Shown here: piece after piece, positions 22,973 through 37,775 of the stretch | Numbering within the stretch: the stretch's first letter is position 1 | Layout: each line of letters opens with the position of its first letter | Source: Schizochytrium sp. TIO01 | Taxonomy: Eukaryota; Protista; Bigyra: Labyrinthulomycetes | DNA: 64,000 nucleotides | NCBI GenBank assembly: GCA_004764695.1 | Contig: SMSO01000037.1 | Location: 4,874,747-4,938,746, forward strand | Direction of reading: 5' to 3' | The notes under the pieces: model-generated | Database searches by the model: none | The model's input: the letters and a program-made list of their open reading frames with translations, nothing else | Told to the model about the DNA's origin: nothing | Translations under genes and position numbers: made by a program

Positions 22973-25900
22973 ACGTCTTGTTGTGCTTTACATATTAGGT
23001 ACCTTTGAAACAATCATAAGGAGAGGTTTCCAAGGAGCGAAAGAACTCAGCAGCTGAGTGAGGCCCCTCGAGAGTACAGCTGATAGTGGATATGAGGCAG
23101 GTATTGTTGTTTGAGATTGAAAACGCACTGAAGGTCGTCGATGAAAGTTAAAAAGCTAGTGGAGATGTTGGAAAGGTCAATAAAATTGCTTCGGTTTAAA
23201 AACAGAACTCAGACGATGAAAGGGACAGCGGCGATTCTGCTGCTCGAGACCTGGCCAACAAGACTTAGCATTGATGGTAGCAGGCACTATTCCAACTTGA
23301 GGAGATGTCCGCTTTCAAGAATGTGAGGGCGAGTGAGGCTTCGCCGCCTTTCTTTTGAAAGAGAGGAAGCGAGCCCCGTGCTCTCTGAGCACTGTGGGAG
23401 CGGTACAGAGGTGGCGGTTCTTGTGAGGGATGCTGTATCCCCTCACAATAATCTGTAATGGCCATCTCCGAAAGAGCTACAAGCTGCGATGGCGACATGT
23501 GGTGTGGGTATTTCATCTTGGCGAGGCCTACTATAAATTTTCAAAAATTCTCTGCGCTGCGGGGACAAGCAGTCCTCACACTACACTGGAAACTCGGGGT
23601 CGAAACCCGGCGGTCACTCAGACATGAGGCAGTGAACTTGACTGGCACGCACTCGGTCGTCTCTCCGTACGACGCTAAGAGTGTTCTGAGGAACACGGTA
23701 AATGGCGCAGGGTTTTAACGCTGTCCCCTCCTAGGGTATACTGTAGGAGGGCTAAAGAAGACCCAAGAGGTCCTTGATCCAGGTCACTGCTGGCACGGGA
23801 CTGACTGACTGACTGATTGACTGATTGAATGCTTGAAATTGAATGATTGAATGGCCGACTGCGAAAGGCATTGATTGCAAACTATGCCGAGGCTGCGTTG
23901 CTTTCTTGAAACCTTGAGGCAAGCAGCCTCGCCGAGCAAGTGGCAAAAGAGGCATGGTTTTCGTTGATCCAGAAGAACTAATTATGCATGCCACGCCAGT
24001 GTGGCTGACCTTGAACAACTTTAGAGTGCACTGGACGGGCTGGTTGTCTTTAAAAGTACCTGCGAAAATTGAATCTCGAATGGCAGTAGTTGATTGATTG
24101 ATTGATCATCACCGGTCTCACGCCAAAGAAGAAGCAAAAAGTATCAAATCTCAACTTGTCATCGCAAGAGCCATTCGAAAAGGCTCTCCTTTTGTTCTCA
24201 ATGGGTCACTTTCTTTTACCGTCCAGTATTTTGAAAGTAGGCCTTTATCGAGGAAAAGAGCCGCTGTTCGGGTAAAAGGTGAGCACGTAAACGTCTCTGC
24301 TGAAATCGTGTAAGTAAAAGCGAACGAGCCATGCGATTGAGCTCCTTCGCTTGATAGGCAAGAAAAGGAAGAACTCTCCTCCTGAGATCTGCTTCTGTGG
24401 TGACAGAGACGCAGAGAGACACCATCCGTTGTTTCGCAACTTTTGCGAGTGAGGACTTACGTGTTGTTCTGTTTTTTGTGGTCATATTCAGGTAGATAGA
24501 GAAGCAAGCTGGTACACGGCTCCTTTTCTTTGAGGCTTTAAATTGCTGCCAATCATTTGTTCGCAGTCTTAGAACTAATGACCAAAGGATCTCTTGCTCA
24601 TCAAAGATGAAGGCAGAAAAAAATCAAGCAACCCCAAGATTATGCGTGCTTGCATCTCTTCTGAAGTCAAAAGAGAAGAAGAAGCAAACGAAAGGGTTGT
24701 TCTTAGAACCATCTTCGAAGTGACAGCCGTAATGACTTTAGGGGAGATTGTATGATGTTATTTCCTGATTTTGAGATCTCTTCGATATGAATGTCTCAAG
24801 TTATCACTCGCTTTCGTCTGCCTCATTCTTCGCCCGTTCCATTTCGTACTACGGCGTAGATTCCGTAATTTGAAATGAATGAAATGAATGAAATAGCATA
24901 TGAAAATTCACAAGACTTGGTTGTTCAAGGATAAATACTTTCAATCCTTCTGCGGTGGTCACTTTAATCAGTCGTCTGCTCCTGTTTGCGGAGTACATGG
25001 GCGATTGCTTTGCATCTTTTAGGCTTTTGGCTCCATGCGGATTCATACAGGTTCAGTGATATCGGGGATGGAGAAGAGTAAAGTTGGGTGCATTTCTCTC
25101 TTCTGGAGTCTGCGGAAAACCCCTCAATAAGAAGGGGGATATTTTGTTAAAGATCGCTTGGGCAGCTCCAGGTCCTCAGAGGCATTGCGGCATATAGGTC
25201 TAGAGTTAGTTTTCCAGGCTGTGAAGAAATAACACCAAACTGTTGATCAAGCTAGCTGATGTATTTTTTTATATTTTTAACCTTTAAAAAAGAGTTTTTA
25301 ATGAAAACCTTTCATTTTCTAAAAAGAAAAAGCAAAGAAGAGATAAAAAGAAAGCGTACGTAGCTGATTCCTTCAATTTCTCTTTTGTAACTTTTTAGTA
25401 GTTGTTGTTTTGTATGTTTGTTTCTGGGAAGCCACGCGCAACTGCAAAGCGAGCCTGGGCGCAGGCCGCCTTGGGGCTCAAGGCCAAAGCGCAAGCAAGG
25501 AAGACGGAGGAGGGCATCGCTCTGGAAACCTTTGGAAGCACAGCTGCGTTTGCATTGCGTTGGCCGCGGTCATCTTCATGGAAACTGCATTTCAGGATCA
25601 TATCCTCTTCTCTGTTGTTTTGTTTTCTTTTTAGTGTGTTTCCTCAAGTTTGTCTCATTTCTTTTATAGTTGAACATTTTCCTCGGCAGGAAGTAATTAT
25701 AATTGCATATCTCCCTTCTTACTACCTACAGCTAGCTATTCGTTGTGTTGTTGTGGCTAATGGCCAAGGAGACATTTTTGCATTCGGTTCGTTTGGTTTC
25801 ATCAGACTATCAGCCTTTTCTTTCTTTTCTTTCACTGTATATGTGCTTTTTGTTTGTCAACGTTTGAAAAAGAAATCAAAACCTTCTTTTATAGGAAAGA

Positions 25901-28156
25901 AAAGTAGAGGAAGGGGAAGGACAATGAATGCCTTTCTTTGGGCAGTATGGCAGACAGACGGCAGCGGAGATCTGCCTCAGACTAAAGCGGTGCTTTGCAG
26001 GAAGCCGGGGGAATCCTCCGCTGTCCCACCACAGCTCTGCTGCCACTGCTTCTTTTGCTGGCGCCTTCTTCTTCGTCCGAGTGCAGTTTTGAGGAACCCT
26101 GGTCAACTACATACATATTTCAATTTTTCAATTTTTTTTACAACGTTACAGGTATATACTTACTTACAAACGAAGATACATTTTACTTCGTTCTTTGGCA
26201 AAGGTCGACCTTTGGCATTATCAAATTGCCGCATCATCAATCAGTAAGCTCGCTTGGGCAGCACACCAAAGCACGTGGCGATTCTCCAAAGCAGCTTATC
26301 GTGCCCAAGGAGCCTAGACTTTGATTGAGCTAAGCTTGAGTTGGTTGATCAAGTCTTCGCTCCTTTCAACTTCCGCAGCTCGGCGATAGGCCGTCTCAGC
26401 GTAAGGAAATGGAACCAGCTCACTAAGAAGAGGGGCTCTTGTGCAATCAACGATACGGAATGGTTAGTTGAAATGGAAAGAAACGATAGGCTGTCTATCC
26501 TATGACACGACAGAAAAGGAGGTTTGTCTGTCAGTCTTTTGTTTGTCTGTCTTTTGTCTGTCTGTGTGTCTGTGTGTCTGTGTGTCTGTGTCTGTCCTGC
26601 GGCAAGTGATCTGGAGAGCGCGGCGAAACGAAGGAAACAGCAGACACCGAGGTGGCCACAGAAAGGAGTAATACTAAAGTGCCGAGCATCCAACAAACTG
26701 TTGACAATCACGATGCCCTTTGCATCATATACTCTACTCTTTTGCTTCTGCCGCTTCGCCACTTCCTTCGCACATCATCCATCAGTTTTGCTCTTGCTTT
26801 TATTTACATGTACACAATTTTAGTCAATTGGTTCAAATTGAAAGATTGATCAAGAAAAGAGAAGAAAGGAAAAGAGAAGAAAAGTTTTTATTTTTTATTT
26901 TTTATTCAAAATTAAATAGCAGGGACTTGGTAGGTACTAGTAAGAAAACACGTGGAATAAAGCGCGACAGGAAACTTGAAGATGAAAGCAACCAAGCCGG
27001 AAGAAACAAACAAGCAGCAAAGCGCCTTCAGGCCTCTGGAAGGAAGCCTGACCCAGGTCCAGGGCTTCTCCGCTTTATCGGGGGGCTCTCCGCGGCCCTG
27101 CTTAGCCATTGCCTTCCCGCCAGCAACAACAACCGACAGGCAAGGTGGCTCACCATGTTTCCTCTATTCTATTATTATTATTTTAAAGAATAAAACTAAA
27201 AAACAATATATATATACATATACATATATATGTAAAAGAAAAGAAGAGTTCGGATATCCGAGCCCTATAGTTTGGGGTAGCCTGCGAGTAGCGCACCCTT
27301 GGCCTCTTCGAGTGGAATCCATTCTCTCTCTCTCTTTCTCTCTTCTTCTCTCTTCTCCAAGCTTCTTCAACGTGAGTCTTCACAGTTCACGATTCGCGAT
27401 TCTCTGCGATTGACCGACCATTGAGCTCGAAGCGGATGCGCCGAGGCTGATCCGTTCTCATCGGAGACGCCGCCTCCGCCATGGAGGCAGAAGGCACGGC
27501 TGCCACGAGGAGGTGAACGCCAAGGTATGAGGGGAGGGCAGTCACGGCGGTTCGTCGTTGGGTCAGTTGCCGCTTATCTTATTAGTTGGTCAGTTGGGCA
27601 GAATTCACTTTGTGTAAGAAGAGAAGTTTTATTCTTCAAAAAGTCGAAGTCAAATCGAATAGTCTGTAATATGCAGTGGAATGGAATGGAATGGAATAGA
27701 ATGGAATGAATAGAGTAGAGTGGAGTAGCTCTGCCTACGAAGGCGTTGAGTGAAAGGGACGCATGGACAGGATATAGAAGACAGACACAGACAAAGTGTC
27801 TTAGTAGAAAAGGTGCCTGGGAACGAAGTATCTAAATGGCAGAAAGGCGGCCGCAAATGCTTCCTCTGGAGAGGACAAAGTATGTAAAGAGCTCCTCGCT
27901 CCGTACAAAATGGGGTGCAGGTTTCCGATCTTCGAGGTACCTTGATGCATGTACGGGAGTTGAGGAGATGGCGACTCTCTCTCTCTCTCTCTCTCTCACT
28001 CACTCTCACTCACTCTCTCTTTGGTTTGATTTATCTTATCCTCTTGTTGAGTTTTTGTTGAAGGTTTCAATTTTTTTTAGTGGTTCCACGAGGTCAGTCA
28101 GAGGAAGCAGGGCTGTGGACACGGGGATTCCACAAACTGTCACCTCAATCAATACA

Positions 28157-28230
28157 ATCCTTTTGATCAATCCTTTTGATCAATCCTTTTGATCAATCCT
28201 TTTGATCAATCCTTTTGATCAATCCTTTTG

Positions 28231-28281
<51 letters not shown>

Positions 28282-28287
28282 CTTTTG

Positions 28288-28318
<31 letters not shown>

Positions 28319-28324
28319 CTTTTG

Positions 28325-28359
<35 letters not shown>

Positions 28360-28484
28360 CTTTTGATCAATCAATCCTTTTGATCAATCAATCAATCCTT
28401 TTGATCAATCAATCAATCAATCAATCAATCCTTTTGATCAATCAATCAATCAATCAATCCTTTTGATCAATCAATCAATCAATT
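28157..28484 (+). repeat. Compound array: 13 x CTTTTGATC separated by (AATC)n
   Basis: AATC counts after each unit, read by eye: 1,1,1,1,1,12,7,8,2,3,6,5,3. Confidence 0.95.
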
Positions 28485-29573
28485 AAGGCTGTGCCGCCAG
28501 GAAGAGAAAGAAACGAATGAACGCCTGCGCAAGATTCACTCCTTCTCGACACCTTCCAGGCAGACAGACAAACAAAAGCAATCGTACGAAGTTTAACTTA
28601 AAGGCAAGCTTCGTTCAAGGGCTTGGCCAAAGTCAAGAAGTCTCAAAAGAAGAAGGTTATCCAATCCAACCGAATCCCGTCAAACCGAATCGATTTTGGG
28701 AAAGCGAGGGCAGAAAACAACGAGAGAGAGAGAGAGAGAAAGAAATAAATAAATAAATAAATAAGAAAGAAATGCCAGCATATCAGGCAATAAATGATTG
28801 CTATGTGGCACGTGGCGAGCAGCGCTCTGATTAAACTTCTCTTTCGAGACACGCCCTCGAGCTCGCGAGTTGTCAGGCAGTCAGGCAGTCAGGCAGGCAG
28901 GCAGGAGCGCCTGCGTCTTGCACCCGAGAAGCTCCGTGGCCTCGAGAAACGGATGAGCAGTCGGCGCGACACCCTCCGGGAAGCGGCAGGAAGCCTCAAC
29001 GGACGCCTTGTCTCCAATCCAATTCAAGCTTATTGGCAATGTATCTATTGGCAGTATATTATGAGAGAGATTGTGAGTACATTAGGGCGACCAGCAAAGG
29101 CGACAATAGATACAGATTAGTTTGATTTTATAGATAGATAAATAAATAGATAAACAAACCAGTCAATAATTTGTTGATTGATTAGAAGCATTGGTCAGAA
29201 GCATTGAAGAAGGGCGAAAGAGAGAATGGACAATAACAGACATACTCTTTCGATCGATCGATTCTCACTTCTGTTTCTTCTGTTTCTTCTGTTTCGTGGT
29301 TCTTGGGCAGAAATGAAGAGAGGAGCAGCACAAATTCAACTTTCGCTCTGGACTTGAGGAATGAATAAATCTTGCCCCAACAACAACAACAACAATGGCA
29401 ATATACTCATCGTCATCACCATCATCATCATCATTAGCAGCAGCAGCAGCAACAACAACAACAACAACAAGAACACAAGGGAGGCAGGTCATCACGGCCT
29501 CACAGCGTCCAACACACTCGGCCCTTGAAGAAGAGTCCAAGAAAAGGAAGACGGGTGTCTCCTTTTACATTCA

Positions 29574-29574
29574 A

Positions 29575-29665
<91 letters not shown>
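29574..29665 (+). repeat. (AAAG)23 microsatellite
   Basis: Perfect tract. Confidence 0.95.
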
Positions 29666-29666
<1 letters not shown>

Positions 29667-30627
29667 AGTTGGAGAAGAAAGAGTGAGAAAGAAAAGAATG
29701 AGAGAAGAGACGAAAGCAGAAAGATTAAAAAAAAAAAATAGAAAAAGAAAAAGAAAAAAGAAAGAACACACACGCACAAAATCAGGAAAAGAAGCAACAA
29801 AGGGAGAAAGAAAAAGCGATCTCTGCATTGCTTGATTAGATAGGGCAGTTCGCCCGCGATGATGAGTGAGTGATTTCTTCGTCAAGCCTAAGTGAGGCCT
29901 TCAGGAAAGCAGACAAAAAGACCAGTGCCATAGGTACTTTGTCTCTGCCTCGCCTCATGATCTTGCAGTCAAGAACCGACCTTTCAAGAACCAATAAATG
30001 CAAGAAGAAGCAGAAGCAGGATCAGTTGAAATTGAAAATTGAAAATCGAAAATTGAAAATTGAAAATGGTGGCGCTTCTATAAGGAAGAAGGGGTCGCAA
30101 AACGAACGACAATAAGAATAAGCAGAGGAAGAAGAAGACTATCTATCTATCTTGTGCTGAGTACTTCGGTACTTAATCCTCTCTCCTCCTGATTTCGGGC
30201 CTTTTGGCTTACAAGGCAGGCAAGAAACGAAGGGGTAGCGCTGTTTTCTCGAGCCAGCAGCAGGGCCGCCTCTCTCTCTCCGTGGCGTGGCGTTGAGGTT
30301 GAAGTTCGAGGATACACACATACCCCAAGAACGCGCAGTCTCTTTCTTTCGCTCTGGTGCTCGAAATCGCCCAATTTCAACCTTCGCGGATCTCGTCTCT
30401 CGAAAGCCATGGGTTATGTATGTAGGTATCTCTCTCTCTATCTATCTCTCCATCATGATCTTTCGAAAAGCTAGCATTTCTCAAGATCTCTTCGACGTTA
30501 CACTGTGCTGTGCTGTGCTGTTCTGTGCTATGCTCGAGCCGATGCTGTCTTCAGCGATCGTCGCTTTCCCAACAGCTTTCGAGCAGCGACGGAGGTGGCG
30601 GAAACATCAATGCAACGAGAACGACTG

Positions 30628-30710
30628 CAAAAACAACGAAAACAACGAAAACAACGAAAACAACGAGAAGAAGAAGAAGAAGAAGAAGAAGAAGAAGAAG
30701 AAGAAGAAGA
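30628..30710 (+). repeat. (AAAACAACG)n followed by (GAA)~14
   Basis: Read directly from the sequence. Confidence 0.9.
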
Positions 30711-31224
30711 GCTGTAATAGTGTATCCATGGTGGTGCAATTCCCTGCTTCTCCCCGCATGAGCAAAATGTAAGAACAACGGAAGTAGGTACATGCTTGCT
30801 TACCCACCGAGAAATAAAGAAAGGCCAAAGGTTGGAAGACCAAGTTCTGCGGCGAAAGGACCTTCTTCGGCTTACTTGAACGCGGCCACCGCTGCTGTTT
30901 GCTGATCGAAAAGAATTCGAGGACGGGCTTGGAGAGAACTTGAAGAAGACGGGGCGCTGGCAGTGAGAGTGCATTTCGGTGCGATACTTTGCATGTACCA
31001 GGTACTAGGCACTTAGGTATTTTGTATTTGTCCCTCTGTTTCTAAAATTTAAATAATAAAATAATAAAATTAAAACAAAACAGAAACATTGCAGAAAATG
31101 GAAACGAGTGAAGAAGAGCTACTCTTTTTGTAATTTTGAAGAAGAATGATGAACTGTTATAAATAATTGAAAACCTGTGCTTTCATTTGGTACTTCCTCG
31201 ATTCCTTATTGGTTGTTTTTTGTT

Positions 31225-31301
31225 CACTCTTTTTCCTTTTTTGGCCTTTTCCACTCTTTTTCCTTTTTTCCTTTTCCACTCTTTTTCCTTTTTTCCTTTT
31301 T
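31225..31301 (+). repeat. ~26-bp polypyrimidine tandem repeat x3
   Basis: CACTCTTTTTCCTTTTTTCCTTTTC-like units. Confidence 0.85.
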
Positions 31302-34300
31302 GAAGTCGAAAACTATTTTACATTCTGATTAGGCCTTGAAATGGGAGGTAAAGGGTGGTACATCCGAAGTCCATTGAAAAGAAGGTAGCACGATGCACGG
31401 TCCCTTTGAATATCCGCCTACTTACTGGCTACCTGAGACCTTTCTCCAGCATATCGAAATGCTCACGGGAATAAGTCTAATGCGGAAGCCTCGCCGGCCA
31501 AAGGAAGGGAAGATACCAACGCAACGACACAGGTGAGCCATCCATCATCAACCCACTGGCACAAAGCCAAATCCAGAACGGTCCCAAGTTTGCATTCGTA
31601 GTAGCGCATTAATTAAATAGTTATTTATTTGTCTCACTATGCAGGGACCGCCCGCTCTTTTTCAAAATCATTCTGAATAGGGTCTTCAAGAGTATAAATT
31701 AAAAAACTTCTTTAGTTCGGAACAAGAACTTGACAGTTTTCACCACTATGAGACTTGAGACATTGACGGGCTGGGGATGAAGAATTCGGCCATGATCCAT
31801 TCGTTCATTTCTTCAGCCAATATGATCAGAATAATAGCAAACGATGCCAATTGCTGCGTTTGACAGAAGAAAAAAAAGAATAACTTAAGCAAAGTACAAC
31901 ATGTGGTTTCAGTTCAAGGATAGGTCAGAAGCTTCTCCCATCTTTAGCACTCTTGATCCAGCAAATCGTTAAATGTTTTTTCCTTCTTTTCTTTTTTTCA
32001 AACCAAATTAACATATTTATAATTTTAAGATTATCTAGTCTTACAAGTATTAATGTGTGGGCATGTGGAAGAAAGCAACGCTTAGGCTTAAGCGCTGAAA
32101 AATGCGCATTTCTGAGTCAGGCAATTCTTTCGAAATCTTTTCCCGTTTTTCTCTTTTCCTCTTTCCCTCCAGATTCAGATGCACTCATCTCCCCTGTTTT
32201 CTGCCTGCTACATCCTCTAAGAGCCTTTGATCATCATTCTACACTTTGCTTACAGTGTACAATCCAGGGTCGCAGATTTTGGCTCCAGCGTGCATTTACG
32301 GCATTTACTTTGAACCTTTGCAAATGTCACGAGGTCCGCGCGTAATCGTCAGCATGGCACTCACTAATCGTGCCACAACGAACGAACGAGGTGACGCTGG
32401 ATTTACACCCCTCGTCGAACAACCTCCTTGCATTACGCACCCATCCAGAGACCTTGGCCTGCTTCATCGCGGAATGCAAGAAACCATTTCATTTTCCTCG
32501 AGCAGACTTCAAGCGGGTCCGTTCCCTTGAGTGAAGACTCTGGTGCACGATGATTGAGGAGGGACCGGTGTAAGCATGGGCAGGTAGGCAAGGCTCTCTC
32601 TTGAGTCACTCGAAGAATTGTTCCATGATCTCGAGAGCTCGACAGGATCATCCATCCCTCTGAGCCATCTACGGCTGTTAATCTTACGCATAATCTCGTT
32701 AATGCATGCACGCATTCATCCATCCATTCATTCATTCATTCATTCATTTATTCATTCATATATTCATATGTGCGTCCATGGATGTACCAGCGTAAAAAGC
32801 ATCGTTGTAAAGACCTCAAAAGCGCAAGCCATCGATTTCAATCGACCGCCCTTTGCACTGCCATCGCTTACGAAAAGGGTTCTCACCAAAGATGGATGGG
32901 CACGCTATTCCCGAACACCTAAGCAGAACCCGTAGGCCCCAAGGTTTCCTGCTTTCTCGATGGTCTTTCTCTCTACGCCATCGGTTGCACGCCTTTGCTG
33001 CTTCGGTTCGAACCCCTCGCTGCTCGATTGCCTGCTCGATTGATTTCCCCTCGGAGCTGTAAGTAATGCTTGAATTTGATATTTCCTTGCATTTTCGCCA
33101 TCCTCGCGGTAGTGAGGGGACTACAACGTCAACGTGACCGAAGCACAAAGTTTCAAGACTTCACATTGATCAAGTCTTGAAACAAGCTGATTGTACAACT
33201 ACTGTAGGGCTCCTGTCTTGTTCTGTTCTTCTCTGCTCTCCTCTTCTCGCTTGCTTCAATCCGGCTCACTCAGTGTCTCAATCATTCATTTCTTCATTTC
33301 TTCATTCTCTCATTCTCTCATTCACTCATTCACTCATTCACTCACTCGCTGGCAAGCAAAAGAAAAGAAGAAAAGAAGAGGAAGAAGAAGACAAGCAAAA
33401 GAAAACAGCAAAAGCAAGACCTGAGACGTCCTTCCACTGGCAACCCAACCGCCGAGGCGTCCCGCAGCTTTGACAGCTTCGGAGCAGGAGGGACGGCCAA
33501 GGTTGCGATGGAAGCCTTACGCGTGGAAAAGGAGGCCGGCAGCCACTGAGCTTTCGGCCTTTCGATTGCTTGCATCGACAACGAATCAAATGAATTCTCA
33601 ATTTTCCATTTTTAATTTCTAATGTTTAAAAGACAATTTTAAAAAAATAAATAATAAAAACTAGCCTATGTTGTTCCCTTCGCTTTTGAGATTGTACATG
33701 TATTATAGGGAGAGAAATGAAATGAAAAGCTCAACAGAAGAGGTAGGTATATATAATATAATACCTACTTCTTACTTACCTCCCAGCTTCAGGAAGAAAA
33801 GGCGGAGTGCGCGAGAAAGCCAACGACGAGAGCCTCTTATTCGTGTGTATTCGTGGCGCAAGCGCTTTGGGGGAAGTAATACCTACATAGCGCCAAGAGA
33901 GTTAAAAAGCGCCTAAACAAATGACGCACGCAGAGTTCAAAAAGAGAGCTCTGCTCTCTGGTTTATATGCCTTTAAAAAGTTAAAAATGTAAAAAACACC
34001 ACAAACTAATGCGCCTCAGAGTGGTTCGTTCACCAACCAATCAACTTGCTTTGAAGGAATGAACCAATGAACGAAAGAAAACTCAACCTAGAAATCACGA
34101 AAGAAAGAAAGAAAGAAAGAAATCGAGGGAAGTCGCAATAACTTCCACCAATAGAAGGCACAAAAAAGGTCCACTTGAACGATGTGCCAAAGACTTGAAC
34201 AGTTATTATTACGCTGCCAGATCAATGAATGCGAAAACAAACTGGTCGATTCTTTGCTCGAGTCGTTGTGCAACAATTTACAACGAAACGCATGACAACT

Positions 34301-37300
34301 AAAGCATACACCAGACTAAAGCAAAGCAAAGCAAAGCAAAAAGGAAAGGAAACGTCACAGGCCTGAGCAAACTCCGAGGGTCTACCAAAACATAAACCAC
34401 AGCACCGCCTTGAAAAGACCAGCTGCATTTTCAGCGGCCTCATACGCTTTGGGGATGTCCAAAGTAAGGCTATTCAGCGAATTCCGTATTAGACATAGGC
34501 GGGAAATGAAGAATAAACCCAACCAATGAAAGGGTACCTGCGTATTCAAATCTAAATTTTGACTCTGCATAATTTTAAAACATTACAAGCACCTAACTAG
34601 CTACCTACTGCATGGTATCTAGAGTTTTCAACAAAGTAGACGAATTAACCAACCAACCAACAAACAAGCAGCAGTTAAATTTAAAATAAAAATCAATCAA
34701 TCATTCTCTTTCTTCTAAAAAATCAAATTAAACAATTGGTGAGGGGTCGCAAGGAGCCTCGATCTGGAAGGCGGAGGAGCCTCAGGACTCGCGGTCCTGG
34801 TCAAGTGACGTTTGGCCCAGCTGAGTGGAACTTCGAAGAAGAACATAACTTTTTTTAATGCAGGGATTTATTTAATTCTTTGTTTGTATGCCTTTAAAAA
34901 CGGTTTGTCTGACTCTGATTGATTCGCGTGTTTTGGCACGTGTGGCCGAAGATTATATTTCTTGAAAGCAAGTGAAACAAGGAGCCATTTTGAATTATAT
35001 AAGCCTCCAAGTTGTTATCTTTTGAATTTTGTTTTGTTTTTAATTACTTACTAATATATATATAGAAAAGAAATTTAAAAAAAGGCGCAAGTCAAAGCAA
35101 GTAACGCCGCTCTCCTTCTTCTGCATCGTGGTCAACCCGGAATTTAAAGACGCGACGCCTATGCACACTGACCGCGGCCGCGGGATTCTGTAAAGCCCGC
35201 TTGCCTGTTGGGAAGCCTATATGCCATCATGGTACTCGCGCTGCGGACGGACCCACGTGAACGTGAAGAGCGGACCCCAGAATCGAGGGAAAACTAGAGC
35301 AAGACTTGCCAAATAAGAAGATGGCATATTTTTATTTATTTTTTCTAAATAGTTTTACAAACCTTCACTTACAGCACATATAACTGACTAACTGTTCATG
35401 CTTTGTCGGATTGTTCATTCACTTCAGAAAGTAGGAGGTAGAGGTAGGCACTATCTATAATGACATGACGTTTCGGTTGAGTGCGCCACCCGTCCCAATC
35501 TTGAAAAAGTTGCCAGTCGAGAAGGAAAGAAAGCTTCACTTACAAGACGTGCGGCTGAGTTAATAGGGAACCTCTCGCATGGGAGCCACCCTCTGCAGCA
35601 CAGAGAGGCATCATCACCATTGGTCCCCGCATTATTACGTCTTCAGTTCACTGTTACCTCTCCCACGAAGAAGATATTTCTCCATGAAGAAGGTATTCAT
35701 TGCTTCATTCATTGCTTCATTCATTCATTCATTACGTTTTCAACATGAAAAGCATTAACAAAGCGAAAAAGCTACAGATGTGCGAATGAACGGGGTCGCA
35801 AGGCTTGGCGCCCCGACCAAGGGTCTCAAGGGCGGAGAAGAGTAAAGAAGAAGAAGAAGACGAAGAAGAAGAAGGAGAAGAGGGAGAGAAAGGAAGGTTT
35901 CCAGGAGCTTCAAGTTCGTCTCTCACCCTTGGAGGTTCTTGAACAACCTCAGAAAGTAGAACAGCAAATACAAAATTGAACAGCGCCCCCCTCGAAGGCC
36001 CCGCCTACGCCTAACTGTAGCAGGATGTAACAGCAAGTGTGGCCGAGTTTAACACTTTTTGCCGTTCAAGATCCCTTCTGTGCCCACTTCGCCTAATCTT
36101 AATTTGTTTAGCTAGAGTTAGGTTAGTTAGTGCCCCTGCTACCGATACAGCCAATGCTTGCTTGCTTGCATTTGTGTCTGTCTGTAGTTTGTATCTCTGA
36201 CTGTTTCCAATTTCCTCCTCTCGCGGCGATCTTCCTCTTCGCCTGCAGCATCTTCCGCCCATCCGAGGCGTCCTTTCCTTCCTGCCTTAGCACTCGGCAC
36301 TCTTCTGCGCCTGTGGACCATCTCCATCTGTTTATTTATTTATCGATCTGTCAATCATCGAGCAAATGAATCTTCAGAGCTGGAGCCCTAATTATTCCAG
36401 GTACCTCTAGCTAGAGTACCTTTTTATTCTTTGTTGCTGTTGTTTTCTCTTACCATATTTTAGTATTATTTGTGTATTCCCGTATTCCCCTTATCCTCGC
36501 GCTCGACGCCTTTATGGTTTAGTAAGAGTAAGAAAAAACTCAATACAGAAAGTGGTTTCCAAGCGGGCTCTGGCTGTGGCTGTGGCTTTTATTTTTATTT
36601 TATTTTTTAACTTTGAAGAAACAAATGGCTCTACTTTTTATCTGGAAAAACACCATATTCGTATTATTATTAAATTATAAAAAAATGAAATTAACTCACG
36701 CTTATTTTCAGTACAAATATAAATTTTACAATAAATAAAAAGAATTAAATTGGAAAATAATTTGAATTGAAAACCTCAAAGCGATTGAAAGGAGAAGGAC
36801 CAGCCAGCCAGCTCAGAGTCACTCAGCTAGACCATAGGAGGCAGGGCTGAACAAGTGCCGAGCACAAAGATTGGCATACTTGGAAAGATCCATGGGGTGC
36901 AGTGCCAGACCAGGCGATAATTGATCAAACGAGGGCAGGCGATCAGACTAAATCGAGAGAAACGGCACGGCCGCCAAAAAGCCTGAGACGAAAGGAAAGA
37001 AGTTAGTCATCCGTCGCGTACGTCCACAAGCTGGCTGGCTACCGGTCAGTGATTTGTACTGTTCGCTTGGCTACGAATTGATTCTGGATCGTCGGCGTTT
37101 GGATTTGAGTGCCAAAGTATCTTGGTCGAAAAGAAGAAGAAGAAGAAGAAGGAAGAAGAAGAAGAAAGAAACGCGCGGTCTCAATTTTAAGAGAATAGAG
37201 CTCGAGAAAGGTTCTGAAAAACGAATTGAGCCAGTCCTTGATTATCAATATCCAGGGGCCTGGTCTCCTGCGGCCGCTTCCTAAGCCGCGGAGAAGATAC

Positions 37301-37726
37301 CATGACCAATGAATCGAGACACAGAAAGAGGTTTACTAACTGCATCGAAGGCCTTTGCGATGCTTGTTCAAACGCGCTCTACGCACTTAGGCGCAAGCAA
37401 GCAAGCAAGCAAACAAACAAACAAACAAACTACCTTCCTACATAACTAACAAGCGCAGCTCAAGCTCTAGTCTCTCATGAATTGAACTTGAACTTGAACT
37501 TGAACTTGAACTTGGAAACCTCAGATCTTTTTCGCTCGCTCAAGCAGCATTGGGGCTTCTCAGCTGCTGGCGACACGAAGAAACGCAGTGCACGCGCGAG
37601 CGGAGGGTTTGGAATTACTAATGCGGGGCCGCTGCTGAGATCGTAGTTGCCTGCAGAACAGCAGCGTGCGTGCGTGCATCCTCGAGCAGGCCACCGCGGC
37701 CTCCGACGACTCGGAAGAAGCGGAGC

Positions 37727-37775
37727 TGAGCTGTCTGTGATGAGCTGTCTGTGATGAGCTGTCTGTGATGAGCTG
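37727..37775 (+). repeat. (TGAGCTGTCTGTGA)3 tandem repeat
   Basis: Three perfect 14-mers plus a partial copy. Confidence 0.9.

Noticed and set aside
25402-26247. 281-aa ORF in the desert
   Set aside because: Composition is dominated by F/L/S from T-rich tracts and there is no domain-like pattern.
28157-28484. CRISPR-like repeat/spacer appearance
   Set aside because: The repeat is only 9 bp, the spacers are AATC multiples rather than unique sequence, the context is eukaryotic, and there are no cas genes.
33005-33016. GGTTCGAACCCC B-box/T-loop-like motif (similar one at ~23597)
   Set aside because: No A-box, acceptor stem or cloverleaf around it, so not a tRNA; at most an isolated TFIIIC-like site.
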